DNA from: Octopus bimaculoides
Taxonomy: Eukaryota
Length of the DNA: 64,000 bases
NCBI RefSeq assembly: GCF_001194135.2
Contig: NC_068982.1
Location: 21,410,530-21,474,529 of the forward strand
Reading direction: 5' to 3'
The notes under the pieces were generated by a model. The model ran no database searches. It was not told the DNA's origin and worked only from the letters and a program-made list of their open reading frames with translations. Below, one piece after another: positions 24,159 to 37,739 of the stretch. The position numbers and the translations under genes are program-made. Every line of letters starts with the position of its first letter. The stretch's first letter is position 1.

Positions 24159-25843
24159 ACACGCCCCCCCCCATACATATATTTATTTATGTGTTTTAGC
24201 CAAGTGGCTGCGGTCATGCTGTAGATTCTCCGACAGCAAATATATCCACCTGACAACCTGCATCTACTACTAACCTATTACTTTCCGCTCTCATGTTATC
24301 TATTCTTCTTGTCACCTCAAGGATTCAAAATCTGAGATCTGATTTTCAAATTCTTCTGCTCCACAGACTAGGCATCTTTGTTTCTGATTTCGAATTCTTA
24401 TGTGACAGAATGCGACATTTATTCCTGAATCTATATTACCCGGCCTCAGTTGAGATCACTGCATTCCAACGTACCTGGGCCTACTTTTGCGCATGTTACG
24501 TTCTCTACGCATAGGTTACAGAGAGTTGGATTCCATTCACTATTAAGTTTCACCCGCCAAAACTTCTCAGCAACTTTCTTCTCTTACTTACTAGCACCAC
24601 AACCACTCCAATCATTCCGATCATGTCTCTTCACGTTCAAGATATATGGAAATCTGGGCATTCTGATAATTAGATGCTCCATACCATCTTGTCATACACA
24701 TCTAGGCAAATTTTAATCAGGCTTAATTCACAGTATCATATCATCCGAAATATTCGCTGGAGATATTCCAACGTCACTTCATACATTGTATCTTCTGGTA
24801 ACTTATCTGTGCACTTTACATCGGAGAAACAGACAATCTTATTGCTAATTGGTTTCGAACATACTTACTACGAACACCAGGACAATCCATTACCACCCAT
24901 GATTCCACTACCCGTTTCTCTGTGTGCGTCGTTTCTGCGTCATATCGATAAAACGAAAAAGAAAAAGCACTTCATATTGAAATTAGGATGTCCCACTAAA
25001 TGTTTTGAATGCATGTTTTAACCACTACTCAACCACTCCCAAATTGTTCTCTAAACTCATTGATATCCTTCAGCTTTATGCCACTTCAAATCTTACTTTC
25101 ACCCCACCTTTGCCAGCATATCTCCCACATTTCATCTTCTTCTTTTTTTTTTCGTCAACCCCCTAATTTGTTTTTCCTATACAGGGTCAAGTTATTTTGC
25201 TGTCGCCATCAGTTGTAAACAGTCGATCAAAAATAGGGGGCATAAATATTTTCTATCAAACCGCTAATTTTAGCGAAAGGTCTCCGTTCGAAACATTGAA
25301 TACTACAATCACCTTGGCAAACTAACTCCATCGCTTTCAGTATATTTGCTGTGAAGACTAACTCCCTCTCATGAGATTAATTTTCAGCGTAGCTAAACGC
25401 ATGTATTCACATTCATGCTCGCATCTACATATCGATATAGGGGTTACGGATCACTGTTCTTTCACGATAACTTCTTGGGGTACAAAACACAGAAATCACA
25501 TATCCCTGAATTAAGATTGATGCAGCTGGATGCTACATGGGTACCTGAACACTTATAAATCGTTGGCAAAAATAGTGTGAAATACAGATATAGATCACCA
25601 GACAGGTTTCTAAAAAGTTTGATTACCCTAATTCAATCACAAGGTATGGGTCGATTCTGGACTATAGAAAATGCCATTTGGCAAGGATGCCACGGGACCT
25701 CGTGGTTGCCAATCAAACTTAGATATTCGGCCAAACTAAGCTCACCTTATTGCTATATATGGATGAATATGTATGAACGTTTGTGTATGTTACTACCTTC
25801 GTATGTATCTGTACACATGCACACACACGTGTGTATATATGTT

Positions 25844-25925
<82 letters not shown>

Positions 25926-26235
25926 NNNNNNNNNNNNNNNNNNNNNNNNNNNNNNNNNNNNNNNNNNNNNNNNNNNNNNNNNNNNNNNNNNNNNNNNNNN
26001 NNNNNNNNNNNNNNNNNNNNNNNNNNNNNNNNNNNNNNNNNNNNNNNNNNNNNNNNNNNNNNNNNNNNNNNNNNNNNNNNNNNNNNNNNNNNNNNNNNNN
26101 NNNNNNNNNNNNNNNNNNNNNNNNNNNNNNNNNNNNNNNNNNNNNNNNNNNNNNNNNNNNNNNNNNNNNNNNNNNNNNNNNNNNNNNNNNNNNNNNNNNN
26201 NNNNNNNNNNNNNNNNNNNNNNNNNNNNNNNNNNN

Positions 26236-26273
<38 letters not shown>

Positions 26274-27753
26274 CATAGATATAATCATATACCTTTATAT
26301 ATATTTATATGTATAAACATTACTTAAACTTTTCGAATGCTATTAAAATATTCCTTTCTCTCTCCTCAACTATACATACATACATATACCCAACCTCTCT
26401 CTCTCAATCACTCACATATACACACACAAATATATATATATTCGTATGTAGATATGTGTGTGCGTGTGTGTGTATGTGCATGTGTGTTTGCGCGCGTGTG
26501 TGTATGAGTTTGTGTGTGCGCGTGTCGAGAGTGTAAGTGGGTATATGAATTTTAATTTCCGATTGATATGATTGCAGTATTTACTTGGATTTCTTTTCTC
26601 CATAACTGATTTTACTTGAAATTGTTATTGAATATTATAAAGCTAATTAATTGAATGTATATCGTATATATGAATGTAACTGACAGATGGCTTCTAAAAG
26701 TAAATCTATATCGACTCTGATCTTTTACAGATAGTTTCTTTAGTTTATACATACATACGATTGATATATTTTTTATCGATATCTAAAATACATTACAAAC
26801 TTTATTTATTAAGTTGCATTAACGAAAGCACTGACTTTAGAGAGAATGTCTGGATTAAATTGAGTAATGCTCTGTCATGTCTACTCACTTCTTCCATTAC
26901 ATTTAAGTTATATCTCCGTCACACACACAACAGCTAAACATGTCTTTTACAGTCATTATTACACACACACACATATATGTATGTATATATATATATATGT
27001 GCGTGTGTGTGCAGGTGTATACATACACAAAAACATACACNNNNNNNNNNNNNNNNNNNNNNNNNNNNNNNNNNNNNNNNNNNNNNNNNNNNNNNNNNNN
27101 NNNNNNNNNNNNNNNNNNNNNNNNNNNNNNNNNNNNNNNNNNNNNNNNNNNNNTATATATATATATATATATATATATATGTGCGTGTGTGTGCAGGTGT
27201 ATACATACACAAAAACATACACTCACATATATAGTTTTACACTCGTATATAGTTTTCTGCACGTGTACACACACTCACGCCTCAAACATGGCTGCAGATT
27301 TGATTATCTGCGAATTTAATAAAAATTGTGTAATTTCTGAACATTTGCTGATTATTTCAGCATTGGGAGCAATTTTTGAACGATAGGTACACGTTATATG
27401 AGAGCCTTTGCAATGTTCCATTATATTAAATATTAAATGAATATAATTGACACTGAACATTTCCAACAGAATATGAAATTTAATAAAAAATAAAGAGATA
27501 TTTAATATATATATATGTATATATATATTAATATGTTTCCACTATATTCACACGCACATGCATACATAAAAATTTACGTGTATATATGTATATGTGTGCT
27601 CCTGCGTGTGTGTCTGTACATGTGTTTATGATAATTTCGAACATGGAGTGATTTGAAATTTGAAAATGTTCCGAACAGCATATGCAAAAGACCATCTTGA
27701 GCATATATAACATAATACACCTGACTCCAAAAACACACACAAACACATGCACA

Positions 27754-27799
<46 letters not shown>

Positions 27800-27924
27800 G
27801 ACACACACATACACTCACACACAAACACACACACAAAAACACACACAGGTATGCTCACACACACACACACACAAACTCTCTCACACACATACACACACAA
27901 ACCCTATGCTTTATCATTTAAATG

Positions 27925-28320
27925 TTTCATTATTTAGAATATGGCCATACTGGGGCACTGCCTTGACCAATTTCACTCAATTTGTGTCAGCTTAGTATTT
28001 ATTCTATCATCTCTTTTTGCCGATCCGCTAGAGTAGGAAGACCTGAAACTAACGATACAGACTGTCAAATGAAATGAAAGACAAAAATAGACACACATAG
28101 AGACACACACAAACACACACACAAAAGCACAAACACACACAAACACACACACAAAAACACAAACACACACAAACACACATACATATAAACAACGAGCTAC
28201 TTTCAGTTTCCCAAATGCACTCACGAATCTTTGGTTCTCCCGTCGCTATAGTAGAATACACGTGCCGAATGTTACACGCTCTCACAATAAACACCGAACC
28301 ATATGGTTGGAAGCAAGCTT
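27925..28320 (-). mobile_element. SINE family A, diverged
   Basis: tatggccatactggggcactgcc...tttgccgatccgct...(CA-rich)...tttcagtttccc...gctatagtagaatacac...ccatatggttggaagcaagctt. Confidence 0.8.
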
Positions 28321-29997
28321 AATATTGTCTAATCGGAGACAGGTTGGCTAGAAATCTGAAACTTAGGACTAAACGTTAGTGACTATGCTGCTGTTAATTT
28401 CGTTTCTCAAATTTTAATCAATAAGTCAAGTGTATTTTAGTAATTAAAATTTATTAATTCATATGTATGCGCTTTTGTGTGCGTGTGGATGCATTTGTAT
28501 GTATTTATAGCTGTGTATGTATGTATGTGTGTACGTATATTTCGTTTAGCAAATGTGTGTAAATGATTGCATGTAGTGACTGCGTGTGTGTAAAAGAATG
28601 TATTCGGATACGCTGTTTTTTGATTATGCACCACTTCCAAAAGCACACTTCAGTACATAATAAGCATGCATTAATCCAAACCTACTATGCTAAGCACGTA
28701 GTTATTCATAGATGTGACAAAGAACTACAATGTAGTCAAAAATTTCGGATAATATGCCGTATATTAAACTTGCGTCAAGAGATTGAAACTAAGCCAGAGA
28801 TTCATCATATCCTCAATTACAATGAATGATTTTCATCACAGTAACCAGAAAATTTCAAAGTAGGGCAAGCACGACGTAAACAATGTGGATATTGTGCAAA
28901 TGTAAAATTTGCATAGATTATCGTGATAAATTTACTTCACCAGTTCTTTTCATTTTTTCGTTCCGTTGTCTTAATCCGCTTTCCCCCGCTATTTTGAACA
29001 AATGGTAATGGTGAAAAAAAAAAAAAAGGTTACATAAACAAGCGCGGTTGTGTGAAAATATACGCATACATCATACATACATACATCTACCTGTCTGTGT
29101 GTTTGCGTATAAGATACATATGCAAAAATGTATATGTATCTATGTGCGTGTATGTATGTACGTTTCCCNNNNNNNNNNNNNNNNNNNNNNNNNNNNNNNN
29201 NNNNNNNNNNNNNNNNNNNNNNNNNNNNNNNNNNNNNNNNNNNNNNNNNNNNNNNNNNNNNNNNNNNNNNNNNNNNNNNNNNNNNNNNNNNNNNNNNNNN
29301 NNNNNNNNNNNNNNNNNNNNNNNNNNNNNNNNNNNNNNNNNNNNNNNNNNNNNNNNNNNNNNNNNNNNNNNNNNNNNNNNNNNNNNNNNNNNNNNNNNNN
29401 NNNNNNNNNNNNNNNNNNNNNNNNNNNNNNNNNNNNNNNNNNNNNNNNNNNNNNNNNNNNNNNNNNNNNNNNNNNNNNNNNNNNNNNNNNNNNNNNNNNN
29501 NNNNNNNNNNNNNNNNNNNNNNNNNNNNNNNNNNNNNNNNNNNNNNNNNNNNNNNNNNNNNNNNNNNNNNNNNNNNNNNNNNNNNNNNNNNNNNNNNNNN
29601 NNNNNNNNNNNNNNNNNNNNNNNNNNNNNNNNNNNNNNNNNNNNNNNNNNNNNNNNNNNNNNNNNNNNNNNNNNNNNNNNNNNNNNNNNNNNNNNNNNNN
29701 NNNNNNNNNNNNNNNNNNNNNNNNNNNNNNNNNNNNNNNNNNNNNNNNNNNNNNNNNNNNNNNNNNNNNNNNNNNNNNNNNNNNNNNNNNNNNNNNNNNN
29801 NNNNNNNNNNNNNNNNNNNNNNNNNNNNNNNNNNNNNNNNNNNNNNNNNNNNNNNNNNNNNNNNNNNNNNNNNNNNNNNNNNNNNNNNNNNNNNNNNNNN
29901 NNNNNNNNNNNNNNNNNNNNNNNNNNNNNNNNNNNNNNNNNNNNNNNNNNNNNNNNNNNNNNNNNNNNNNNNNNNNNNNNNNNNNNNNNNNNNNNNN

Positions 29998-30034
<37 letters not shown>

Positions 30035-31103
30035 GTGTGTGTGTGTATGTGTGTGTGTGTGTATATATATACACATACATACACACATGCTTACACATAA
30101 TTAGATACTTGGCATATGTATTTTTTTCTCCTGTATATCTGCAGGATTATAAACTCATTTTGTAGTATAACACAGCTGATAATTCTCTTCTGGTCCGGAT
30201 TATTTCTGGGTTACAATTCAGCAAAATCTATCGATCTGAGACTGTGGAACTTAATACGCAATAATAAATATATCAGAGTTGATTAGGTTCTAGTACTGGA
30301 ACTTCGCTTTGTGAATAGTATTTGAATATTTATCGAGACTTGATATTGCTGGAAGTTGAATCCCATGTTGAAAGAAGGAGAAAAAAAATATTATAATAAT
30401 ATTAATAATAAAACATACATGAAGATTGATTCTCCCAATCTTCTCTCAAGTTGCGAAATGCACGAACTATTAAAAACCAAATAAATCTTGATAGTCTTTA
30501 GATTCTTCTATTTTTTTTCCTTCGTATCTGTTTGATTCTCTTGATGGATTTTATAATTTTATCGTTTCATTCATAAAACTTTTTAAGCAAAAATTTATCG
30601 TATACTTTGCTTCTTTAAAAAAAAAAAATGCTCTCGTCACTGTTCCTATCAGAGAATGTGATAAAGAAGAAACCATTCGCTTCATCAACTAAATAACTTT
30701 TGATAAAAAGTGAAGTTGAGGCATTAAAAAAAAAGACTCTTTTTTTTTAAACACTTAGTGTTAAAATGGCTTCGGCATGAAGAAAACAGTTAGAGATTTT
30801 AGAGGAATATCATGGCTTTATCTTTTGTTTTGTAAACCACCAGTAGGAGGATAATGATAAACATGTAACGTACAAATGATTTTGAGTTCATATTAAAGTT
30901 TTTCAAATATGTGATATAAAGGAAGCAGCTAAAATTCATAATATTATATGCAGAGAGTGTCTTATTTTCAATTTTCTGGCGGAAGCAAATGTAAAGCAGC
31001 ATTAAGTTATATTACTTAATACCATATTATGCAGTGTATCTTTCTAGAAAATTCCTATCGAGAGAGAATATGTAGAAAATAAATCTTTATAAAGGAATTA
31101 CGT

Positions 31104-31260
31104 GTGGAGGCGCGTGGTTTAATGATTAGGGTGGTTGACTTTGTGATCGTAAGCTTGCGGTTTCTATTACTGGACTGGGTGACGCTTTGTGCTCTGGAGC
31201 CAAATGCCTCATTTTATTTTACTCCAGTTCACTCAGTAGGCAAAAGTCAGTAATCCTGAA
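31104..31260 (+). mobile_element. tRNA-derived SINE, family C, diverged
   Basis: gtggaggcgcgtggtttaatgattaggg...gatcgtaag...ctccagttcactcag matches the reverse complement of 41232-41544. Confidence 0.7.
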
Positions 31261-31569
31261 ATAGACCGGTGTCACGGAAACCGAGAAACCGACCCTTATA
31301 GGTGTATATGACTTCGGAAGTAACAACGGAGTTATGAGTTGTTTGCGCTCTCGAAAATGCCAAGATCGTCTTGAAAGTTTCTTTTTTTTTTAACTACGTT
31401 GTAAAACGAATGCTCTGAATGAATTGTTTAGCGTCATTGATGTTACACCCTGTAATAGAAATAGTTTTGGCATATTCTTCTGAAAATATGCCTACAGAAA
31501 ATTTTGAATATATTCTAAAGGTATAGATGGATAAAGAAACCGTAATGTTGGTTTCAAAATTTGTCCCTA

Positions 31570-31701
31570 CACATGATATTTCGGGGTGATGAGAAGAGTC
31601 GATTACATTTGTACTTAATATATCGACCTCGAAAAGATGAAAGGCAAAGACAACCTCGGCGGAATTCGAACTCAGAACGTAGCGACGGGCGAAATGCCGC
31701 C
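31570..31701 (-). mobile_element. SINE family B, partial
   Basis: Reverse complement contains acgttctgagttcgaattccgccgaggttgtctttgcctttcatcttttcgaggtcgata. Confidence 0.85.
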
Positions 31702-32332
31702 CTGAAAAGTCACTATTTATGGTTTTACTAATCTCTGTGTGGTTGGTATTACGTAATAGACATCGTGTCCCGAAATGTTTGTATATTGTAGGTTGTTCCG
31801 ATAGTTGGGTTCTCGTTCGTATTGCTGTGCCATACAAATAATAACACGGCTATTCTTTTCCTTTTATATTCATCGTGATATTTCCTCATCTCTACACTGA
31901 ACATATATATTTGTAATAAGATTGTATTTTCTTTGGTGTATCTGAAATACCATTAGACCCATTTATCTAAGAATTGTTGGCGCCTTTTATTTCAATATAT
32001 ATATTCATTATTCACTTTGAAATACATGTATACAGAGAGAATGAGACCTAGAATTTCAGTATGTTTAACTCTATCGTAGCATATTGATATTCTGATAAAA
32101 ATTTGTTCGTTTCCTTTGTCAGCATTATGACACATTTTGGGTTATTACATGTGCACTATTTACGTTTCTCAATCGGTCTCTGGTGGTGAATCTCTTACGA
32201 ATCAGGTGGTTTTAATAATACTGATCACATAATATACATGTAAAGTATGTTCACATTAAACGCATATGATATAGTTCAACAGTACTCACTTGTACGCTTG
32301 ATTCATTACAAGATTGATATATTCAAACATTC

Positions 32333-32530
32333 AGGCGGCGAGCTGGCAGAGATGTTAGCACGCCAGGAGAGATGCTCAGTGGTAATTCGTCTGTTTTTAC
32401 TTTCTGAGTTCAAATTCCGCAAGGTCGACTTTACCTTTCAACCTTTTGGGGTCGATATATTAAGTATCAGTTGCGTATTGTAGTCGATTTACTCAACTGG
32501 CCACCTCCCCAAAAACTTCAGACCTGTGAG
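32333..32530 (+). mobile_element. SINE family B
   Basis: aggcggcgagctggcagagatgttagcacgcc...ctgagttcaaattccgcaaggtcgacttt. Confidence 0.88.
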
Positions 32531-32790
32531 AACTACTAGGTCTTAGTAGACACAACATGTTGTCTATTTCTAGCATATTAAATGTTCACTTTACTGGTCA
32601 ACTTTATATCTATATAAATATACCTTAATCCCCTAAGATCTCAGATATTTTTTTATGAATCTCTCGGATTCTTTCAATGTGCTAGCTTCCTGGAAATAAA
32701 TCGATATTAATTAATATCGGATTTTTACCCTGTTTTAATGTTATATATATATATATATATATCCTATAAAGGATATATGTCGGTACGCTA

Positions 32791-32938
32791 TGAGTTCAAT
32801 TTCCGCCGAGGTCGATTTTGCCCTTCATCCTTTGGGGTCGATGAATTAAGTACCAGTGAAAGACTAGGGTCGCTGTAATCGGCTAGTCCTCACCCCAAGG
32901 ATTACAGGCCTTGTGCCTTTAGTAGAAAGGATTATTAT
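32791..32938 (+). mobile_element. SINE family B, 5'-truncated
   Basis: tgagttcaatttccgccgaggtcga...ggccttgtgcctttagtagaaaggattatt. Confidence 0.88.
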
Positions 32939-34063
32939 TTACAGACTTGTAAAATACGGCACCGCTTCGTGAATCATCGCATATGTCTTTATCTGATTCT
33001 ATACTTGGTACATTCATCAGACAACAGCTATTGTAGGGAGATGTCGTGAAGGTTTACAATGGAATGAATCGACCCCAGTATTTATTTAGTATTTATTCTA
33101 TCGGTCACTTTTTCCATGTTTCCAAGTCACGTGAACGTAAACAACCCAACACAGGGCACAAAGACAAACACACACACGAAATCACCAAATGGGACCGAAC
33201 GCGGAACCATATAGTTTATATATACATACGTGTGTGTGTGAATGTCTGCCTGTCTCTGTATGCATGTATGCATTTATATATGTATGTATGTTTTTATGCA
33301 TGTAACTATGTATCTATGAATGTGTGAGTATGTGGTGTGTGTGTGCCCTGGAGTGTACGATGATACGAAATAAGTGTAGGCGTTTTGGTTGTGCGTGTGA
33401 ATGTGTATACCTGTATGGACAGGTGTTCATTATTATAATGAATAATTTTAGGAAAAATCTATAAAATGTTTTTAGAGCAAAATAAGTAAACTGTGGAGGA
33501 GATCAGAAGTGTCTGTTGAAATGTCTGTGAAAATATCCCATGGCATTTGATTTCGTAGTTTTAGTCGTTGATTCCAAAACTTTCAAATTATATCGAGACA
33601 ACTTTGATTTCATTATACGCATGATGATAAATCACCTTCAAAAATATAAACTTGCAGTAAACTTATTCTAACTAATGTACTTTATTATACCATTGGTGGT
33701 ATTCGCCCAACAAACCCATAATTGAATAAAAACCAGTGAAAAATTATACAAGTTTACAAATAAATTCCACCATATATGTGTGTGTGCGTGTGTGTTTGTT
33801 TATATATGCGTGTATATGCATGTGAGTGTATGTATGCATGCGTGCTTATTTCATGTACATGGTTATGAATGTATGCTTGTACATAAACATACATAATTTA
33901 CTATGCGCCTGTGACAACGTGTGCACACGTGTGCGTTTGTTCTCTTTCGTTTTACTGTTTTATCATAACATCTACAAAAATTGAAGAAATAATCTGCTTA
34001 CAAAACGATAACTGAATATTTAAGTAATGGCTCTGTATTAGTGTGTGAGCGCACGAGTGATTT

Positions 34064-34097
<34 letters not shown>

Positions 34098-37000
34098 TGT
34101 GTGGTGAATGACACTTAAACATTGAATGAATTATCATCAAGATACCAGGTGGCAGTAATTGAAATAATTAGTTAAGTTGCTCTCCCCTCACCGCTTGTTA
34201 TTCTTCTCGTAATAGAAAAACAATTTCTCTTTCATGTCTTATCAGCCAATGAATCCGTTTGGCGTCTTTGGTCTCTTCGGATGAATACTGGAAATCGGGT
34301 TTTTCTCTTTGGTAAAAACTCAAAATAATAACATCAACACGAAAGAGTAGAGAACAGATTTCATTTGCTGATGAATCTCTTGACAATCATGGTTCAGTAA
34401 CTAATTACTGGCAATTACATGCCTTTCTGTTGGCTTTCCAAGTTACCTCTTCTGTTTCGGAACAGAATTTTCATCTGTAATCAACCTTAATGGATTAACT
34501 ATGTGCTCCATACTATTTGTCCTAAATATTCTGGACATTATTGATTTATATTTTCTTTCCGCCCACACACTCACAGACAGGCATTCACCCAATATTAATC
34601 AGACAAATTGTCGTCAAAGTGGATAATACGTCTGTTAGTTTCAGTGTAAATTGGTGTTGGCGGTGATGGCGGTGGTGATGTATTTATTATTGCCGTTGTC
34701 ATTATTATTGTGGACTTCCTGAATAAATGAATCTTGGAAATTTTACTCTTGCTTTCTCATGCGCAAAAATGAATTACTTTGGCCAAAACGAAAACTTGAT
34801 CGCGCCAGTTCAAAGTAACTAACATCAGTCACATCTCTTTTTGAAATTTCTTTGGTTGACCAAGCCGAAGTTTCTGTTTTCTTCCGAGAATGTGTTGTTT
34901 CTTTAAATATTTTAATTGGTTTTTTTCACTGATAATCTGATTAACTACATAACTGGAGCGAACAGAAAGCTCTATATTCCAATATCGATATCAAAACCTA
35001 TTATTCAAAAGCGATTGGGTGGGCGACTGCTTGATTATTCTGGTGTCACTTTCTAATTGATACCTAATATGTTTCTTTATTTTGTCCCAGGCGTGGTAGC
35101 GTACGAGGTAGCTGTCGGTTAATAGAAACTGGTGATTTTTCTATTTCCCGAAACTTTTGTAATTTTTCTGTTTCCCTTCATTTAAGCTGCTAATGCTACT
35201 CGGGAAAAAAGACATAAACGTGGCAATATTCCATTTCTCTAGAAATATATTTCCCAATCTCAAGACAAGAGAGCATTTATTAGCACTTAGTTTATCTACG
35301 CCAAAACATACATGAAAGAAAACGTCCTCCTCTAAACATTTGAAACTAGCAAAACAGGAAACGAAATAAATCGGTTTCCGACATGTTTCTTTGAATCGTA
35401 GAATTGATAATAACTCTGGCAAGAATTCTGGGGGGGGGGTCACATATAACCCCAAGTATTCGTTGATTGTTTCGTGTGAGATGATAGCTGTGTACAACAC
35501 CATTTATTGGGGACGTGATTTGCATAAATCAACGTAAAACATTGAACTGGACACAGAAAAACATTCGATGCATATGAGGTAAAATTCCATGAAACACTTT
35601 TCAAGCTTACATACACGAAACATCATTTCTAGAAATTAGGTGCAGTATATTTACATTTTTACGTTTTCTCTAGATATATTGTTATCTTTCATGTAACAGA
35701 GGATGAGAAACAAAGCGTGAATTTCAAAAAATTGCAACAAGCATGCACCGATATTTTATTTACGCTTTCGAATTTTTATTAGCGAGGAATCCTTTATGCA
35801 GCCACCTAAACTGGTAGCAATGGCAGCAAAAAATCTTCATCATTTACTACAATATATACTGTTCATACTCGGTTAAATATATAAGAAGCCAAAATGAGAC
35901 TTGATTGTTAGAGCGACAATTTCGGTATTTCTCAGCCTGTGCTACTAACATCGTGCAACGTCATTAAATAGAAGTCTCCACACTGTTCTCCAACGTCCTA
36001 AACAGATATTGTACAAAATTCCTCACAGAAAGTCATAAAAGCAACGACATTTCTAAATAAAACAGAAAATGCCCCATTTAGAAACAAAAATTACACTGAC
36101 AACAACAAAATGTTAAAATTACGATGTATAGTTATTTCGATTCTTCGTATCACTAACCTGCACACTATATAGTTAAAAACGGACATTACGCACAAATGTA
36201 TATTTTCTAAATATGACAAAATTTTTGAAAAAAAAATTGCAATAAAACACTAATAGTATGGTAGAACTTTCTATAGAACTAAAACTTTTATTGCCACTGA
36301 CGGCAGTCTTGTTGCATTCAGAAAATTGTGTGACATGAATGGCAATTATAATAAAATGAAAACAATCACATCTCTTATAGAATGAGAGTGATGCTCCATA
36401 TAAAAGCTGGTATTCAAGAATTATAATTAAAAAATGGTATTCGTAAAGTAACACGCATTGATATTGCACATAGAAATACGTAACTATACAACGAGACTAA
36501 CAAAGCTACAGCTTGTAATACGAAGCACATTTCAATATGCCAACAATATGCCAACGAACATGTTGCACCCTGAGTTGCAGTGCTTTCAACATACTCAGAA
36601 CAGCATTATTTTGGACACATCAGTGCATCAAAATCACCTGTATTTGAAATTGTACAGTTAACGAAATACTTGATGTAACTAGAAACCTGTTAAATGCAAT
36701 GTAATCAACGCCGAGTCATATGTACTTTTCGCCAAGCAAAATAGCCATCTAACCGCATCAATCTTTGTCCTGCGTTTAAATACAACGATAGGTTAGCAAA
36801 CAATTTTCCAACTTTTATTGGATCGCAAAAACTGCTGTAGTTGAAATACACTCGTAAAGTCAATGAGGAGAATAGTAAAAAAAATTAAAGGAAATAAACA
36901 CAATGGAACAATTTCCATTATGAAACGGAATGTAAGATTTCAAAATTCACCAACATCACAGTCACTTATATAGACAAGGCAGTATATACATTAAAAGAAA

Positions 37001-37332
37001 AAAAACAATTACAACGCATCTAAATACAACACATCTACATGCCAAAAAGCAACATAAATAATACAACAGTAAATATACAACAGAAGTAGCTAACCTCGTA
37101 AAAATCTCATAAAAATCTAAAGCATGATATAATAAAACCAGACAAAAGTAAAATAAATCTCGGCATCAAACAACTAATTAGGGATATAACAAAGACAATG
37201 AACATAGAAGTACAGAACACTGGTAAACATTTGTATCCAACATAAATCACTAAACTAACAGCTAAATAGAATATAGAGTGATTTACAGTAACGGAAAAAA
37301 AAAACAGCAATTGACACATATAACTAAATCGC

Positions 37333-37406
37333 TTAGGTTCTGCAGCAGTCACAGTGTTCAAGCGCTTTTACAAGTTTTCCAAGGAACACTGTTAAAATTT
37401 GTGTTT
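37333..37406 (-). CDS. Candidate terminal coding exon, unknown product
   Basis: Acceptor ttactccacttagactgctgtttcag| gives phase-1 (E)TQILTVFLGKLVKALEHCDCCRT*. It is followed by more than 1 kb of repeat-free, U-rich (minus-strand) sequence with AATAAA hexamers. No family recognised. Confidence 0.25.
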
Positions 37407-37721
37407 CTGAAACAGCAGTCTAAGTGGAGTAAAATCATTCACACATCGCCTTTCTTTGTACTTCTTGAAAAATACTAGATAGGGAAATCTTTGACACCCT
37501 GCTGGGAACCTTTAATCGTTGTCAATAGTAGATTAGATGTTTTTGTACAATACGAGATTGGATTACCAAAAATTCCCTTCCTTTCGCTTCAACAGTACGG
37601 TGTAATTTGTGAAAGACGGACCAGCAATTGCATCAATGCTTTCTCGTTGGATCTATACACATCATGTATTTACGTTATTCTTGTTAGTGCTGTGGTTTTT
37701 ACCTCTTTTGTTTTTGTTCAG

Positions 37722-37739
37722 GTACATGCCATCAAAGGT
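37722..37739 (+). CDS. Candidate 18-nt microexon
   Basis: cctcttttgtttttgttcag|GTACATGCCATCAAAGGT|gtgagt. The length preserves frame and all three phases are open. Confidence 0.15.

Noticed and set aside
26984-27225. Identical 55-60 bp sequences on both sides of a gap (similarly 50355-50410 vs 50640-50696)
   Set aside because: Most likely unmerged contig overlaps or collapsed tandem repeats at scaffold gaps.
22267-30165. Long ORFs of 150-369 aa spanning X runs (also at 2.7-3.4 kb, 44-45 kb and 47.6-50.7 kb)
   Set aside because: Artefacts of N-gaps flanked by dinucleotide repeats (YI, HT, CV, RE runs).
30145-30264. Strong acceptor followed by DYKLIL*YNTADNSLLVRIISG, faintly C2-domain-like
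   Set aside because: Early in-frame stop, no donor found, and the similarity is too weak to support.
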